The notes under the pieces are model-generated. The model was given only the letters and a program-made list of their open reading frames with translations, searched no databases and had not been told where the DNA came from. Position numbers and translations under genes: made by a program. This document shows, one piece after another, positions 1 through 14,116 of a DNA stretch of 64,000 bases; position 1 is the first letter of the stretch; the number at the start of each line of letters is the position of its first letter. Source of the stretch: Eledone cirrhosa (lineage: Eukaryota); contig OZ024748.1 in the NCBI GenBank assembly GCA_964016885.1, positions 6,572,001 to 6,636,000 of the forward strand, read 5' to 3'.

Positions 1-161
1 ATATATATATATATGTATATATATATACACGTGTGTATGTACACACATATATACACACATATATGTATGTATATATATATACACACATATATACATACTT
101 ACATCTATATATAAGATACATATGTACATATATGCATATATGTATATCTCGTTAATATACG

Positions 162-194
<33 letters not shown>

Positions 195-1559
195 ATGTGT
201 GTGCATGTGTGTATGTATGTGTACACATACACACACATATATATATATATACACATGCAAAGCAATTTGTCAGGCTAAAATTAAACTGAAAAACGTATTG
301 AATTGAAAACATATTTTTACAAAGTTGCTAACTTAGAGATTTCGACATGAAGTAAAGGACGATAGGGTCTGATCTTTCTAATAACAATTTCATTCTATTA
401 TCTTGAGAAATATTATTCTTTTCATAAAATCCAAACTATATTGTGGCCCTAACTTGATGCTGATTTTTATTTCTGCAGAACAACGAGAAATAGTAGAAAG
501 TTGACATTGATTCACATAGAAACCATTATTAATTAAACAACTTGTTATACTCCATCAGTAACACTGAATCACCGAGGAAGACAATGTCAGTTACGAATTG
601 ACCTATAAGAACTAGTAGTCAAATCTCAGTCAATTCCGTAAGTTTATCTTACAGTATAATTTATTTCGATTTAATATTTATCAAGTATTCAAATTCTTAA
701 ATTGCTCGCAATTTTGAATGACAACACATGGTTCTTTAGTTCACGGCATTAATATATTACTTTTTTTTGCAGGTATTATAGCTGACAGACGTCTCTCTCG
801 CTTGGATTACAATCCACATTGTTTAGAAGAAAGGAAATCAGATAGACAATATCGTCTTTCTTCAAACTTCTAAGTTGTCGCTGTTTCTGTTTCTTCATTT
901 CCAGGTAAATCTTGACCGAAATAACCTCTGATTTAAGATATCCCCGTCACAAATATTTCAACTTTTATTACAATACATTCTGTTTCTTGTTTAAGAAGGT
1001 AAGGCCTGATTTTAGGGAGAAATGTGAGATTTGACTGTTATTTCTAACTGGTCAAGTTATTAACCATTAGCTTCATCGTTGGCACAGACTCGACGCTTAT
1101 TAGCGAAATATTGACTGCGAGGTTCTAAATCAGTTCGATAGGACAGTTATGACATCAGAAACAAAAGCCAAAAAAATGGCAGACATCTTGGTTCTTGTTG
1201 TAGTTGATTGTAGAGAAACAACAGAGTGAGTAAATCTATTGATAAGATCATCTGCTAGCCTGTATGACGCCTCATCGACTAATTTTACACTTGTAATAGA
1301 CTAAAGCTACTTTAAACAACATTATGGTTATTAGATTACCCCTCAGGCCTTTTTCAATCGCTCCAAAACTTACAAAAGATTGCATTGATCCGCACAAGCA
1401 TATTAGTTCGTTTTACTCGCCGCTACTTAATGCTGTTTTCGGCCATGATGGACGATACGATAATGTCGTAAACAGAAGGAGAAGAAAGACAGAATGAAAA
1501 ACAAGACACACAACAATACAACAACAAAAGGTAAAGAAAAGCAACGAAAACATATATAA

Positions 1560-1712
<153 letters not shown>

Positions 1713-1965
1713 GAGAAGGAGAGAGAGATATACAACATACAAAAAAAGACAATATGTAAATGCAACGACCTGGATATTTCAATTCAAGATTGAGGGGAAG
1801 ATAGTCTTTCTTTGATTAACATGAGTAGATGAAGATTTCCCTTTCCGTAGAGGATTCTGCGTTTAGATACAGATAACAGGATATATATGCATACATACAT
1901 ACATACATATATATATATATTTATATATATATATATATACATATATATATGTATATCTATAAATA

Positions 1966-2002
<37 letters not shown>

Positions 2003-2103
2003 TACATATATATTTAAATACAAACACACACACAGACACACATATATATGCTCCATACATATTAGATACAAAGATACAGGCGAGCGGCGCAGACACAAAC
2101 ATC

Positions 2104-2217
<114 letters not shown>

Positions 2218-2443
2218 TACCAAGCTGCCATAAAACACTGGAATGATGAAACCGAGTTCAAGTATTTTTTCGTTATTTATTTATTTATTCATTGAATGAA
2301 GCGGCATGGGTGGATGGGGGACCTGTCTAAAGGCCTTTCATTAGTTAGGTTTCGCTGGAGTTCAATTCCCGTCGGTGTAGATGAGGCTTTTCATCTACAC
2401 AGAGATCGATACCACCACCACCACTGCCACCACCAATTCTAAT

Positions 2444-2699
2444 AATTATTTCTATTTTTGGCACATGGCCAGCAATTTGAAGTAAAGGGTACTTTATTTT
2501 ATCGACCCATCAAGGCAAAGCTAACCTCGAAGGTATTTGAACGCAGAATGTAAATGTTATTCGACCCTCTACCGATACTGCCAGTCCACTGCTATAAATA
2601 ATAATTGTTTCTACTTTTGGCACAAGGCCAGCAATTACTCAGTACATTACTGGTACTTTATTTTATCGACCCCGTAAGGATGAAAGGCAAAGTTAACCT
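2444..2699 (-). mobile_element. Two adjacent SINE family 1 copies (2444-2592 degenerate; 2603-2699 5'-truncated)
   Basis: GGCACAAGGCCAGCAATT..GGTACTTTATTTTATCGACCCC motifs. Further decayed pieces at ~2301-2410 (+) and ~2720-2800 (-). Confidence 0.8.
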
Positions 2700-3074
2700 G
2701 CTATCAATAATAAAAATGACTGTCTCTAATTGACAAAGTCAACAAATTTGGAGAGGGAAAAGTCGATGATTGTTGACTCCAGTGCATTACTGGTACTTAA
2801 TTTCAACATAATATTTCAGAGCTAACCTTGTTTTCAAATATAAAACGAAAACGGTTCAAAACGATGAGTTCTGCCCTAACAGGTTTATATGTCTGACGTT
2901 TATTAGGCTGAAATATACCAGCTTTCTGAAACTTATCAGTCAGATATCACATATCACACAGTGTGTCATGTTAACTGTATATGAATATATATATCTACAA
3001 AACCAAATTGTAAAATCATATTATTATAAAATTAAATTAAATTGTTCAGAACAAGTCAAGTCATTCTTTTCCTT

Positions 3075-3155
<81 letters not shown>

Positions 3156-3168
3156 CATACATATATAT

Positions 3169-3253
<85 letters not shown>

Positions 3254-3281
3254 ATCAAAAGATGGTTACATGAGTTCCATG

Positions 3282-3352
3282 TATTTTATTATGAGCATTT
3301 CAAAAACAAATATCATCATGCAATAACATTTGTGTTTTCATCAGATAAAATA
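3282..3352 (-). ncRNA. Type I hammerhead ribozyme (family A)
   Basis: Minus strand: TATTTTAT-CTGATGA-[36-nt stem II hairpin]-GAAA-TGCTCA-TA-ATAAAATA. Stem I is 8 bp. Stem III is one change away from palindromic ATGCGCAT. Confidence 0.8.
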
Positions 3353-3418
3353 GGAGGACATGATATGAAGGTTAAAAAACACTTGTGGATAGTGCAGTTT
3401 TAAATCAACATATCAACA

Positions 3419-3485
3419 TATCTGAGGAAAACACAAATGTTATTGCATGATGATATTTGTTTTTGAAATGCGCATAATAAAATAC
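3419..3485 (+). ncRNA. Type I hammerhead ribozyme, 5' strand of stem I mostly missing (family A)
   Basis: CTGAGGA (3422-3428)-stem II-GAAA-TGCGCA-TA-ATAAAATA. Only ~3 bp of stem I is retained on the 5' side. Confidence 0.65.
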
Positions 3486-3607
3486 ATGGAACTCATTTAA
3501 CCATCTTTTGATCTTATATATTATGTATACTCCAGTCCTACAAACTGTAGAGTACTTCTTATCCGATATCTGCATTGCTTTATTGTACTACAATAAAACT
3601 CACCTCC

Positions 3608-3649
<42 letters not shown>

Positions 3650-3852
3650 CAGAGAAGGATGGACGGACAAAATGCTTCCTTCACGTATGTAAAAATTAAC
3701 TTTTCTTCCCCTCTTTATATTATTTTTGTTATTATCATTATTTTCACTATTTGTAAAAATTAATACTTTCAAAAATTAATACTTTCAAATGTCACTAAAT
3801 ATATTATCTTCAACATTTTCTACAGAAAACATATTTTTCCCTTCTACTATTT

Positions 3853-3945
<93 letters not shown>

Positions 3946-3947
3946 CA

Positions 3948-4000
<53 letters not shown>

Positions 4001-4005
<5 letters not shown>

Positions 4006-4063
4006 TATTAAAATAACAGATTAAAGTTTAAGCAAGAATTGCTGCTTTCACCCTTAACGGGAT

Positions 4064-4066
<3 letters not shown>
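4001..4066 (-). mobile_element. Family F fragment (3' half of hammerhead)
   Basis: Minus strand: AAGA-TCCCGTTAAGGGT-GAAA-GCA..TGC-TT-AAACT. Matches 22100-22165 and 58086-58142. Lies within (TA)n. Confidence 0.7.
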
Positions 4067-4098
<32 letters not shown>

Positions 4099-4101
<3 letters not shown>

Positions 4102-4363
4102 CAAATAGAAACTATATTTATAAAACCATATTTATTTCATTATACATATTTCAAGGGCCACCAAGGTAAACTATGGTGCGCTTTCATCAGATAAAATATA
4201 ATATAGGTTAATTTTATAAATAAATATTGCCATACCCTTAAAAAATGCAACCATTCTGGTTGGAATCTCCTGGAAATATGTATAATGAAATAAATATATT
4301 TACTCCAATAATTTGTTGAGTGCTTTATATCAGTTCTAAAAATATTTTGCTTAACCTCTACGG
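4099..4363 (+). mobile_element. Hammerhead-bearing TA-inserted element, family B (5'-inverted)
   Basis: Inverted full hammerhead (4133-4198), then a plus-strand partial copy GAAATATGTATAATGAAATAAATAT (~4273-4297), then tail hairpin ACTC-CAA-TAAT-TTG-TT-GAGT-GCT (4302-4324). Flanked by (TA)n. Confidence 0.7.
4133..4198 (-). ncRNA. Type I hammerhead ribozyme (family B)
   Basis: Minus strand: TATTTTAT-CTGATGA-AAGCGCACCA..TGGTGGCCCTT-GAAA-TATGTA-TA-ATGAAATA. Stem I is 8 bp with one GU. Stem III ATATGTAT is self-complementary with GU pairs. Confidence 0.75.
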
Positions 4364-4440
<77 letters not shown>

Positions 4441-4443
<3 letters not shown>

Positions 4444-4516
4444 CGAAGGAAATGTGGTAAGGAACCAGGTGGACCATAACGCACCAAAGTACTCAATACT
4501 AGGGGTCTTACTAGTT

Positions 4517-4518
<2 letters not shown>
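4441..4518 (-). mobile_element. Family C 3' tail fragment
   Basis: Reverse complement of the family C tail (TTGAGTACT..GGTGCGTTATGGTCCA..GGTTCCTTACCACA) seen at 14256-14310 and 40203-40257. Lies within (TA)n. Confidence 0.75.
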
Positions 4519-4579
<61 letters not shown>

Positions 4580-4644
4580 ATATATATATATATATATTTA
4601 TATACATATATATATATATATGTTTATATATATATATATATATT

Positions 4645-4744
<100 letters not shown>

Positions 4745-5446
4745 ATTTTTCTTTTCATATAACTGGCTGTATGATTTGGGGTGTATAATCCAACAAAATT
4801 GATATACCTGGATATGTCACAGTTGTAACTTTGTAATTAATTATATATATGTGTGTATATATATATATATTCAATGTGGTCTAGCCTTCGTATGTATGTA
4901 TAGTTTTTAGATATATTCATATATAAATACATATACATACTTACATACATACGCATACACACTCACACACACACATATATATATATGTGTGTGTACATAT
5001 ATATATTGTCAACATATAGAAACTTAATTGATCCCTAACCAAATGTTACCTCTCGTAACATATTCAAACCTTTAGGGTATGAAAATGAGTTGAATGCTAG
5101 CAAGGTGTCACTACTGAATAAATACAAAGTCCAAATATAATACACTTTCTATTGAAAACACATGTTGAAACGCTAACATGGAACCATGGATTACAAAGCC
5201 GATGATAGTGAAACAAAACAAAAACCTTATTTATTAAGTTGACAGTCATATGATTTATTGTTGGTTTAGCCTAATAAATATATATTTTGATTTCACAATA
5301 ATGAATTGATTAATCTATATAATTGTATATTTCTAATTAGCCGGAAGACTTGATTAGTTTTTATATGATATTGATATGAGGTGGGGGGATAGTTCGAGCG
5401 GATGGAGCGTCGGAGAGAATGTCTGACTCTATATTATTCGTGCACT

Positions 5447-5565
<119 letters not shown>

Positions 5566-5663
5566 AAGAGAGAGAGAGCGATAGAGAGAGAGAGGGATAG
5601 AGAGAGAGAGAGGGAGAGGGAGAGAGATAGAGATAGAGAGATAGATAGAGAGAGAGAGAGAGT

Positions 5664-5714
<51 letters not shown>

Positions 5715-6223
5715 TTTTCTTGTAAAATGTTTCCTAATTTGCGGCTGGAGCTGTGATTATATCCATCCAATAAGCAAACGAGAAAGCATTCGATATCATG
5801 TATATTCTACTAATTTCGATATTGTATTGTATGGCTAGTCCAGGACATGGAGACAGGTCATTGGAATAACATCAAACACATGTCTGTTTCCATATCAATA
5901 GATTACACGGCTTAAATATGGATTACCTAATACGCTATCTGAAGACGGCGTGCCATAGCATGCGTTATGATATCAAGACGTGGCTATTTGAACACAGACA
6001 TACGTATTATGGCTATTGCATAATTATATATGTATATATATATATATGTGTGTTTTTGTGTGCGTGTGTGCTTATAATATATATACATATATACATGTAT
6101 ATATACACCTATGTATATGCATGCATATAATATTTCTGTACGTCTATATCAATGTTATACTCATACAAATGCATCTGTAATATTTGTTAATGCAATATAT
6201 ATATCCATGCATGCTTATTCATG

Positions 6224-6312
<89 letters not shown>

Positions 6313-6947
6313 CACACGCACACACACACACGCACACACTCACACATATATATATATATATATATATATGCACGTACGTATGAATATGTGTATGTGTTTG
6401 CATGTGTGCCTCTGTGTGTGTGTGTGTGCGTATTATACCATATACATAACTGTAGTGAGGTTTACTTTATGAGCTGTCAGAGCCGACGATGAGTAAATAT
6501 CTCCAGGAATGTCTTCTATTTAATCACTTTACTAATTCCAGTGAGAGGGGAACACGGGAGAGTAGGGAATGTGGGCAGTTGGAAATATACATAGGAACAA
6601 ATAAGGAAATAAACACACAAAGAAAGAAAGAATAGGGTATTGGAATGGGAGAGAAAAGAAAGTGAGAAGAGGATTGTAAAGGTAACTTCAAAAGTGTCAA
6701 CTCCGTCACATCAAGAATTTCACTCATAAAACTTTTTGGGAAGGAATTCTTAGGTCTTGATATATGGGCAGTCTGTTTGGACAGAGTCTTGAAACTTCCA
6801 ACAGTCCCAATGTACACACACACACGTACACACACACACGTACACTAACAACACCCACCACACACACACACACCCCACACACAGACGTGCCCGCCGCACA
6901 TATTTTCCGTTTGTTAAAAGAATATATATATATATCTATCTATCTAT

Positions 6948-7114
6948 CTAAGGCGGGTAAAATTCCCGAGATCCATGGACGAGTTCTCTCCAGCGGTCTC
7001 TGTCCCTCATTATCACTGCCATATCCTGCATCTCCAACAGACCAGTGTCTGTCCTTAGGGCATCAACATATGTTAACCTTGGTCTTCCTCTTCTAGTGTG
7101 TCCATGTAGTGTGT

Positions 7115-7118
<4 letters not shown>
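6948..7118 (-). mobile_element. Shorter 3' fragment of the same RTE-like LINE
   Basis: Clear match to 31231-31391. (TAGA)n tail on the minus strand. AGTGTGTCCAT is duplicated at the truncation point. Confidence 0.8.
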
Positions 7119-7180
<62 letters not shown>

Positions 7181-7895
7181 GATTATGTATGTATGTTCGT
7201 ACGTATGTATATATTTATGTATGGATGCATGTATGTATGTATTTATGTATCTATGAATGTATGTAAATGTGAGTGTTTGTGTGAGTGTGTGTCTATGTGG
7301 AACATACATACATATACATTTATGCCAATGGAGTTTATTTTACATAAAAGAGCTAATGCTGTATCTTCTACTTTATTGTTACCCCTTTAAATGTATTTGG
7401 CTGCAATCTAAGGAAGACTTAGCAGCTATTTCTAGCAGAGCGTTATGTTGTGTCTGTTAGCTTGTCCCTCTGAGGAACAAACGTGCGATCTTCTAGGTGG
7501 CTAGATCGATCTAATAGACTTAGAAGCAACATCTTCATCCAATCATAAACTACTATCCGAGAAAATATCGTATAAAGTTGAACTGTCTTCTGTCATAGAA
7601 TTTCTCAACCATATGTCATCCAGATTAAATAAATACTAACAACAAATATAACATTCAAATCGGATGTTTCTTTGCCTTCACGTACTGAATCAAATCTTCC
7701 TCCTTTCTTCGTAGATTCAACTAATGTGTGTTTATGTGTGTTTTTTGTGTGTGTTTATGGGTGTATTAAAATGTGGGTAATTTGTGTGCCTACGTAAGTT
7801 GTATGCTGTTTCCATTGTTAAAAGCTTCTGAAAACTGAAAGGAATAACTTTACAAGAAATACACAGACACACACAGACACAACACACACACATAT

Positions 7896-7962
<67 letters not shown>

Positions 7963-8024
7963 ACGTTAGTGAGATCAGCGAGAGCCCGCTAAACTTAGAG
8001 TAGCAACTGAGAGGAATCTCTGTA

Positions 8025-8072
<48 letters not shown>

Positions 8073-8223
8073 TTGTGTGTGTTTGTGAGTGTGTATGAGG
8101 TGGTAAAAGCAAAAATCATAGATTGCTATGAAAATGCATTTTTTTTACTGTATATGTCTTTCAGGAACAACAAAAAAAGAAACCTTTAAAAATATATAAA
8201 CAGAAAGGAAAAAAATAAAGAAA

Positions 8224-8254
<31 letters not shown>

Positions 8255-9256
8255 GTGTGTGTATGTGTGTGCGTGTGTGTATCTGTTTGGCCATTTAACA
8301 AGATCCAAGATTTATCGCCTTTCTTGAAAGTCACTATTTTTCATTTACTTATTTCATCATTTATCTTATTATTTTTATTATTTTTAAAGAAAATAAACAT
8401 TTTTCTTAGCTTTAAGCCACAAGTTAGGGAGTCTATTTAATCTGGTTCTGCTCCAGTAATTTCTAAACCTACATATGGTTTTCAAACAATAAACACACAA
8501 TCTTTCAACCCCTGCCACACACATGTATACATGTATATATACATATATACACAGCAAAGGAAAAAAAAAAGAACTATATACAGTCATTTACATAGCTACA
8601 ACATTTATAACAAAATCATGAGCCATCTCAGTCACAGAATGAGCCTCTCTTCTCACAAGGAAGTTGCTCGATGTGCTAGAAATAGTAGCCACATTTTCCA
8701 TCATTTTATACCATATCGTTTTTAAAGCAAATAAAGACATTTTCGATAATGTTCTTTCTATGAATGTGAGACGTTATGGTTGGAATATCTCAGATAATAA
8801 GTTAGGATTGACCAGAGGTTAAATCACCACAAGTAGGACCCTGCTAGAATTAGTAGTCAAATATTGCGTGAATAAACCTCAACTGTCCTTAGATGACGTT
8901 TAGTACGGCTAAATAAGTGACTGAAGTTTCACAGCTGAAATGTTTTTGAGGAAAATTATCTCAACAAGGAATGAGCAAATGTTTCTAGTTAAGCCAAAGC
9001 TATAACCAGGATCCGAGGAGAAATATCAGCTACTTCTCTCTCTTAACACATCTAGCTAAAAGTACACATTGGATAATGTGGACATGGCTACAGTATCAGA
9101 AATAACTTATGTGGTTTAATATGTCTACTTTATTAGAGATGACATGCCGCTAACCAACAACAACCAACACACTTAACACTACCACCACTACCACCAACAT
9201 CAACATCCCCACCAACAACAAGACCATGACCACCACAAACCCAGCACCCTACCATC

Positions 9257-9258
<2 letters not shown>

Positions 9259-9338
<80 letters not shown>
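9259..9338. repeat. (ACT)n microsatellite
   Basis: Seen directly. Confidence 0.95.
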
Positions 9339-9340
<2 letters not shown>

Positions 9341-10472
9341 TTCCAAGAACATTCACATATAGCGCAGATTCAATATTTGATCTATTTCTCTGACAAGGTA
9401 TTTAAATTTAGATTTCAGGTTTGACCAAGTGGAAAGAAGGTCACAAATTCCAATGGTTGTCTGACCGTTCCTTGATAAAACCTGGTTTAGTCTCGTAAAT
9501 AATATTTTTAAAAGTAGTTTAGTGTGTGTATTTGTATGTGTGCCTGTGCATGTGTATCTGTGTGTGTGCGTATGTGTGTTTGTGGAGTCTGTGAGTGTGT
9601 GTATGTATATATGTATACATATATCTACGTATACCTGTACAACTACGAATCTCAGAAGAGGAAACTGTATTTCAAAGCATAATATACCAAAAACACTATC
9701 AATTTAAGTTGTATGCACTAAAAGCAACGACTAGCCTGGTTTGAAAGGAAAGAAGCCAAAAAATTTATATATTTTTAACAGAACCTAAAATTGGCCCTAC
9801 ATTATTGTGATCAAAACATATGAGTATATTAAAAATTTAAGAAAAAATATTAAGAATTACAAACAAAACCACAAAATTCATGAATTTTTTTTTCTATATT
9901 TCCATTCATTTTAAGTTATACTCATTGTATTTATTCACGGTTTGCGTGTTTGGGAGAATTGTACTTTATTTACCATTTTTTGTCAACCTGCTGACAATTT
10001 CATTAATAAAATACGTTCGACTAACTTCAAAAAAAATGTTTTATGTTAAGTCAAATATTCATGTGAATGTAGGCCATTTTTTTCGTTCTCCTTTTCTTGG
10101 GTTTTTACGTTTTTTTAATGTATTTCTTAAATTATTATTATTATAATCATTGTTATTGTTATTATTATTTTGTTCGTTTGATAGCCGACACGTGTAGCAC
10201 ATCATTCTTGTAAGTTTCTTATTATTTCCATTGTTACACCAATATATATATTGAAAATGTGTTAAGTTTTATAGATAAACTAACCAAAACCTGAGGAAGC
10301 TGCTTAGATTTCCTCCATCTGAGGTTTGGGGTTTAATCGGAGTTTGTTTAGCAAACACGCCCCTCCATTTGTGTTACTGTAGGTTTAAAGCTTCGGTCAC
10401 GGGCAGTAAAGCCTACAGCGACCAGGTTATTTCATTTGTTATGCTCCAGTTTACAGGGAAAATCGCCAACAA

Positions 10473-10699
10473 CAGGTTTAGCTGCCCTCCTCTAAGGTAT
10501 ATCGCGTTGGAGGTGTCTTGGGTGATTTAATGATAGGGACTCCAGTCCTATCATCTCAGTTCTACAGCTGAGTAAAGTGGAGCAATGTGAAATAAAGTGT
10601 CTTGCTCAAGGAAACAACACATCAACTGACCCGAGAATTGAACTCAGAACCTTTCGATTGCAAGCCCAATGCTCTAACCACTAAGCCATGCGCCTTTAC
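10473..10699 (-). mobile_element. tRNA-derived SINE family 2
   Basis: Reverse complement of 11002-11229. tRNA-like head and a central TTGAGCAAGACACTTTATTTCAC core. Confidence 0.85.
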
Positions 10700-11001
10700 A
10701 AGGTACTCCCAACAGAGTAATTAAAGTAGAATCAATAGCATTTACTAAAGAAGTAGCAATAGGGAAAAATAGAAAGTGGGGTGAGTTAGTAGCTAAATTA
10801 GAAAACACGAATAGCAATGGAACTGTAATGGACGTGTTAGCTGCGATAATAGCAAAGGACCGTTTCTTTGATGTGAAACATGAAGGTTGCAATGTTAGGG
10901 CTGAGGTGCATACTCTAAGAAACGAGGGAACGAAAGCTGATCGATGGCCCGTAGGTAAGCATATAATCATATGCTCAGTTATGGGCCCATCGATCACCCA
11001 A

Positions 11002-11263
11002 GTGAAGGTGCATGGCTTAGTGGTTAGAGCATTGGGTTTGCAATCGAAAGGTTGTGAGTTCAATTCACGGACGGGGTGATGTTTTTTTTTTTTTTAGCTA
11101 GACACTTTATTTCACGTTGCTCCAGTTTACTCAGCTGTAGAAATGAGATGATAGGACTGGGGTCCCTATCATTAAATCACCCAAGACACCTCCAACGCGA
11201 TATACCTTGGTGGAGGCCAGCTAAACCTGCATAGGTGTGAGCTGTAACAACAACAACAACAAC
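11002..11263 (+). mobile_element. tRNA-derived SINE family 2, full length with (CAA)n tail
   Basis: A box TGGCTTAGTGG and B box GAGTTCAATTC. (ACA)n tail. 15-bp direct repeat AGCATATAATCATAT at 10958-10972 and 11264-11278. Confidence 0.85.
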
Positions 11264-11687
11264 AGCATATAATCATATTACTCCTTATACTACAAACCTT
11301 CTTAACTACACATAGATCTTGGAAGCCGGTCGTTCATTCTACAAGTTACTCTCTTAATTATACAAATAACCTAGCTACTCGTTCCATAAAACTGTGACTT
11401 AGCTATACATAGAAGAGAGAACCTGGTCAATTCTTCTACTATAACATACTGCCATAACTATACATATAGCATGTAACCTAACCTTTCCTTTTACTACAGG
11501 CAGCCATAGCTATATATTTAATCAACGTACACTATGTATAGACACTTATGTTTAAATGACGAATAAATAACCATTTAAGACATCAACACGTCATTATATA
11601 TTTATCCATTGCAGACAATCTTCAACACTAATTGATAAATGGACATCAGCAGATCATATATTGATTTACCTGTGGTTAGTGACTGAT

Positions 11688-11815
<128 letters not shown>

Positions 11816-12091
11816 TATGCATATACAGTATATATATACAATGTAAATAATATGGCGGCTGCAGGAAGATAACATCCGTCATCTCCATACCAGTGACTGG
11901 TGCAGGTCAGCGGCTTGTTTAAAAGGAAATGAGAATACATTTTGAAAAAAAAACAAAACATGCGTGATATATACAATATATATATCTATAAACATAAATA
12001 TATATAGTAAGAGTTCTGGTCTGTTTACCGTGTTGAACAGGCGAAAATCCAGAGTAACAAGACTCACTTTTTAGCCATAATAAAACGAATA

Positions 12092-12176
<85 letters not shown>

Positions 12177-12197
12177 GACAAAGAGAGAGAGAGAGAG

Positions 12198-12394
12198 AGA
12201 AGTGGTTACACAACAGTTAGTTCACCATCCCGAGAACAATTGTTTCACCTTAGCGGATCCTCAGCTGAGGATCCGCTTAAGGTTGAAACAATTGTTCTCG
12301 GTATGGTGAACTAAATGTTGTGTTACCACTTCTACCTAACTCGTCAATGGACTGAGTGCTCTACCACTACGGATATTACCTTCCAGTGTTCTAC

Positions 12395-12398
<4 letters not shown>
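12198..12398 (+). mobile_element. Hammerhead-bearing element, family D (palindromic fold-back)
   Basis: Near-perfect palindrome 12198-12333 centred at TCAG|CTGA (12264/12265). The right arm reads CTGAGGA-TCCGCTTAAGGTT-GAAA-CAATTG-TT. Tail hairpin ACTC-GTC-AATG-GAC-T-GAGT-GCT at 12339-12360. Ends in (TA)n. Confidence 0.75.
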
Positions 12399-12482
<84 letters not shown>

Positions 12483-12485
<3 letters not shown>

Positions 12486-12627
12486 TCCCAGTTTCAGGCA
12501 GGAACAACCACAGTATATAAAGTACTCAATATATTAGCAGATTTTATACAGCCAATGTAATATAGTAATGATTTCCTTCGAATGAAACAGTTCTAGTCCT
12601 GTAGTACCCATTTCTATATTACATTTG

Positions 12628-12628
<1 letters not shown>
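12483..12628 (-). mobile_element. Hammerhead-bearing element, family H (tail on minus strand, truncated hammerhead on plus strand)
   Basis: Plus 12568-12609: ATGA-T-TTC-CTTC-GAA-T-GAAA-CAG..CTG-TA-GTACCC. Minus-strand TTGAGTACT tail motif (~12521-12529). Short inverted repeat AATGTAATATAG/CTATATTACATT. (TA)n on both sides. Confidence 0.55.
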
Positions 12629-12694
<66 letters not shown>

Positions 12695-13062
12695 CACACA
12701 CATATATTATATATACATGTAGTACAGTTAATTTGGCGAAGAAAGTCCAACCTCGGTAGAGCAGTTAATAGGATGGAAATGTGTTATATTCTAAGATACA
12801 CTCGACCATCCAGCCGTTAGAACAGCAAGCAAGAACACAATATTTTCTCATCTACTGAACAGAAAATGTTCAACGATAGTTAAGCCCCAGGTACCTGCTT
12901 GTCTGTAGGTCGTATTATACTTGTATAGAAGAAGCCTAAAGTTAAATTTATGAACCTTCAGATTAAATATGCTCAGCACACGTATTCCTGATAATTCCTG
13001 TGTGATGCCTTCTGCTAGAAAATGGTAAGAAACCAATGACAATAGAATTTCAGATTAATATA

Positions 13063-13196
13063 GAAGAAGAAGAAGAAGAAGAAGAAGAAGAAGAAGAAGA
13101 AGAAGAAGAAGAAGAAGAAGAAGAAGAAGAAGAAGAAGAAGAAGAAGAAGAAGAAGAAGAAGAAGAAGAAGAAGAAGAAGAAGAAGAAGAAGAAGA
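13063..13196. repeat. Pure (GAA)n microsatellite
   Basis: Seen directly; source of the poly-E/F/S pseudo-ORFs. Confidence 0.95.
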
Positions 13197-13378
13197 TACA
13201 AAAATCAAACAACAGACAATATAAAAAAGGCCTCCATACGAACAGCCACACTTACCCTCACATATATCAACAACATACACTCACGCATACGTACATACAT
13301 ACATAGACATATATACGTGTATGTACATACATACATACATATACACACACTCACATGTATACACTCACACATCTACAA

Positions 13379-13420
<42 letters not shown>

Positions 13421-13483
13421 GTATATATATAGAAACGAAGGTGAGAAAGAGAAATGTGTGATAGAGTGAGAAAGAGAATTAGA

Positions 13484-13515
<32 letters not shown>

Positions 13516-13556
13516 AAGAGAGTGAGTTAGAGGGTGAAAGTGAGAGAGAGAGTGAA

Positions 13557-13609
<53 letters not shown>

Positions 13610-13711
13610 AGTGAGTGAAAGAGATAAAAAGAAAGAATTAGAGATTAATAGATGGAATGGAAAGTTAAAAAGAAAGACACACAGAATAGAAAAGAAGGAT
13701 AGAGAGAGAGA

Positions 13712-13767
<56 letters not shown>

Positions 13768-14116
13768 AAGAATGAGAGAGAATAGGATAGAGGGAGAGAG
13801 AGAGAACAGAAAAGTGTACACATACACACAGACAGACACAGACAGACACAGTGACACACACAAACACATACACATATATATGTATATATATTGATAGATA
13901 AAGAGAAAGGCACACACACACACGTATATATATATATAGAGAGAGAGATAGAGTGTGAGAGAGAGGGTAAACAAATGTATACACTCTTTAATAGCCTTCT
14001 AATGAATATGTATATACATTTTCATGGGAGACCCATTGTATTTCTCTCTCTCTCTCTGCTCTCTCTCTCTCTCTCTCTCTCACACATACATACATATATA
14101 TATATTATATATGTAT

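Larger units (their letters stand above)
3251..3610 (+). mobile_element. Hammerhead-bearing TA-inserted element, family A (fold-back copy; PLE pLTR-like)
   Basis: ~98-bp inverted arms (~3249-3347 / ~3419-3517), each holding a hammerhead core. The right arm is followed by a 3' tail with an ACTC-CAG..CTG-TA-GAGT hairpin (3529-3553). (TA)n on both sides. Second copy at 14363-14558. Confidence 0.8.

Noticed and set aside
11002-11075. tRNA-like sequence (GCA at the anticodon-like position)
   Set aside because: It continues into a SINE body and tail, and the acceptor stem is not intact. It is a SINE head, not a tRNA gene.
10674-11079. 129-aa and 83-aa ORFs
   Set aside because: They run through SINE heads and the intervening spacer.
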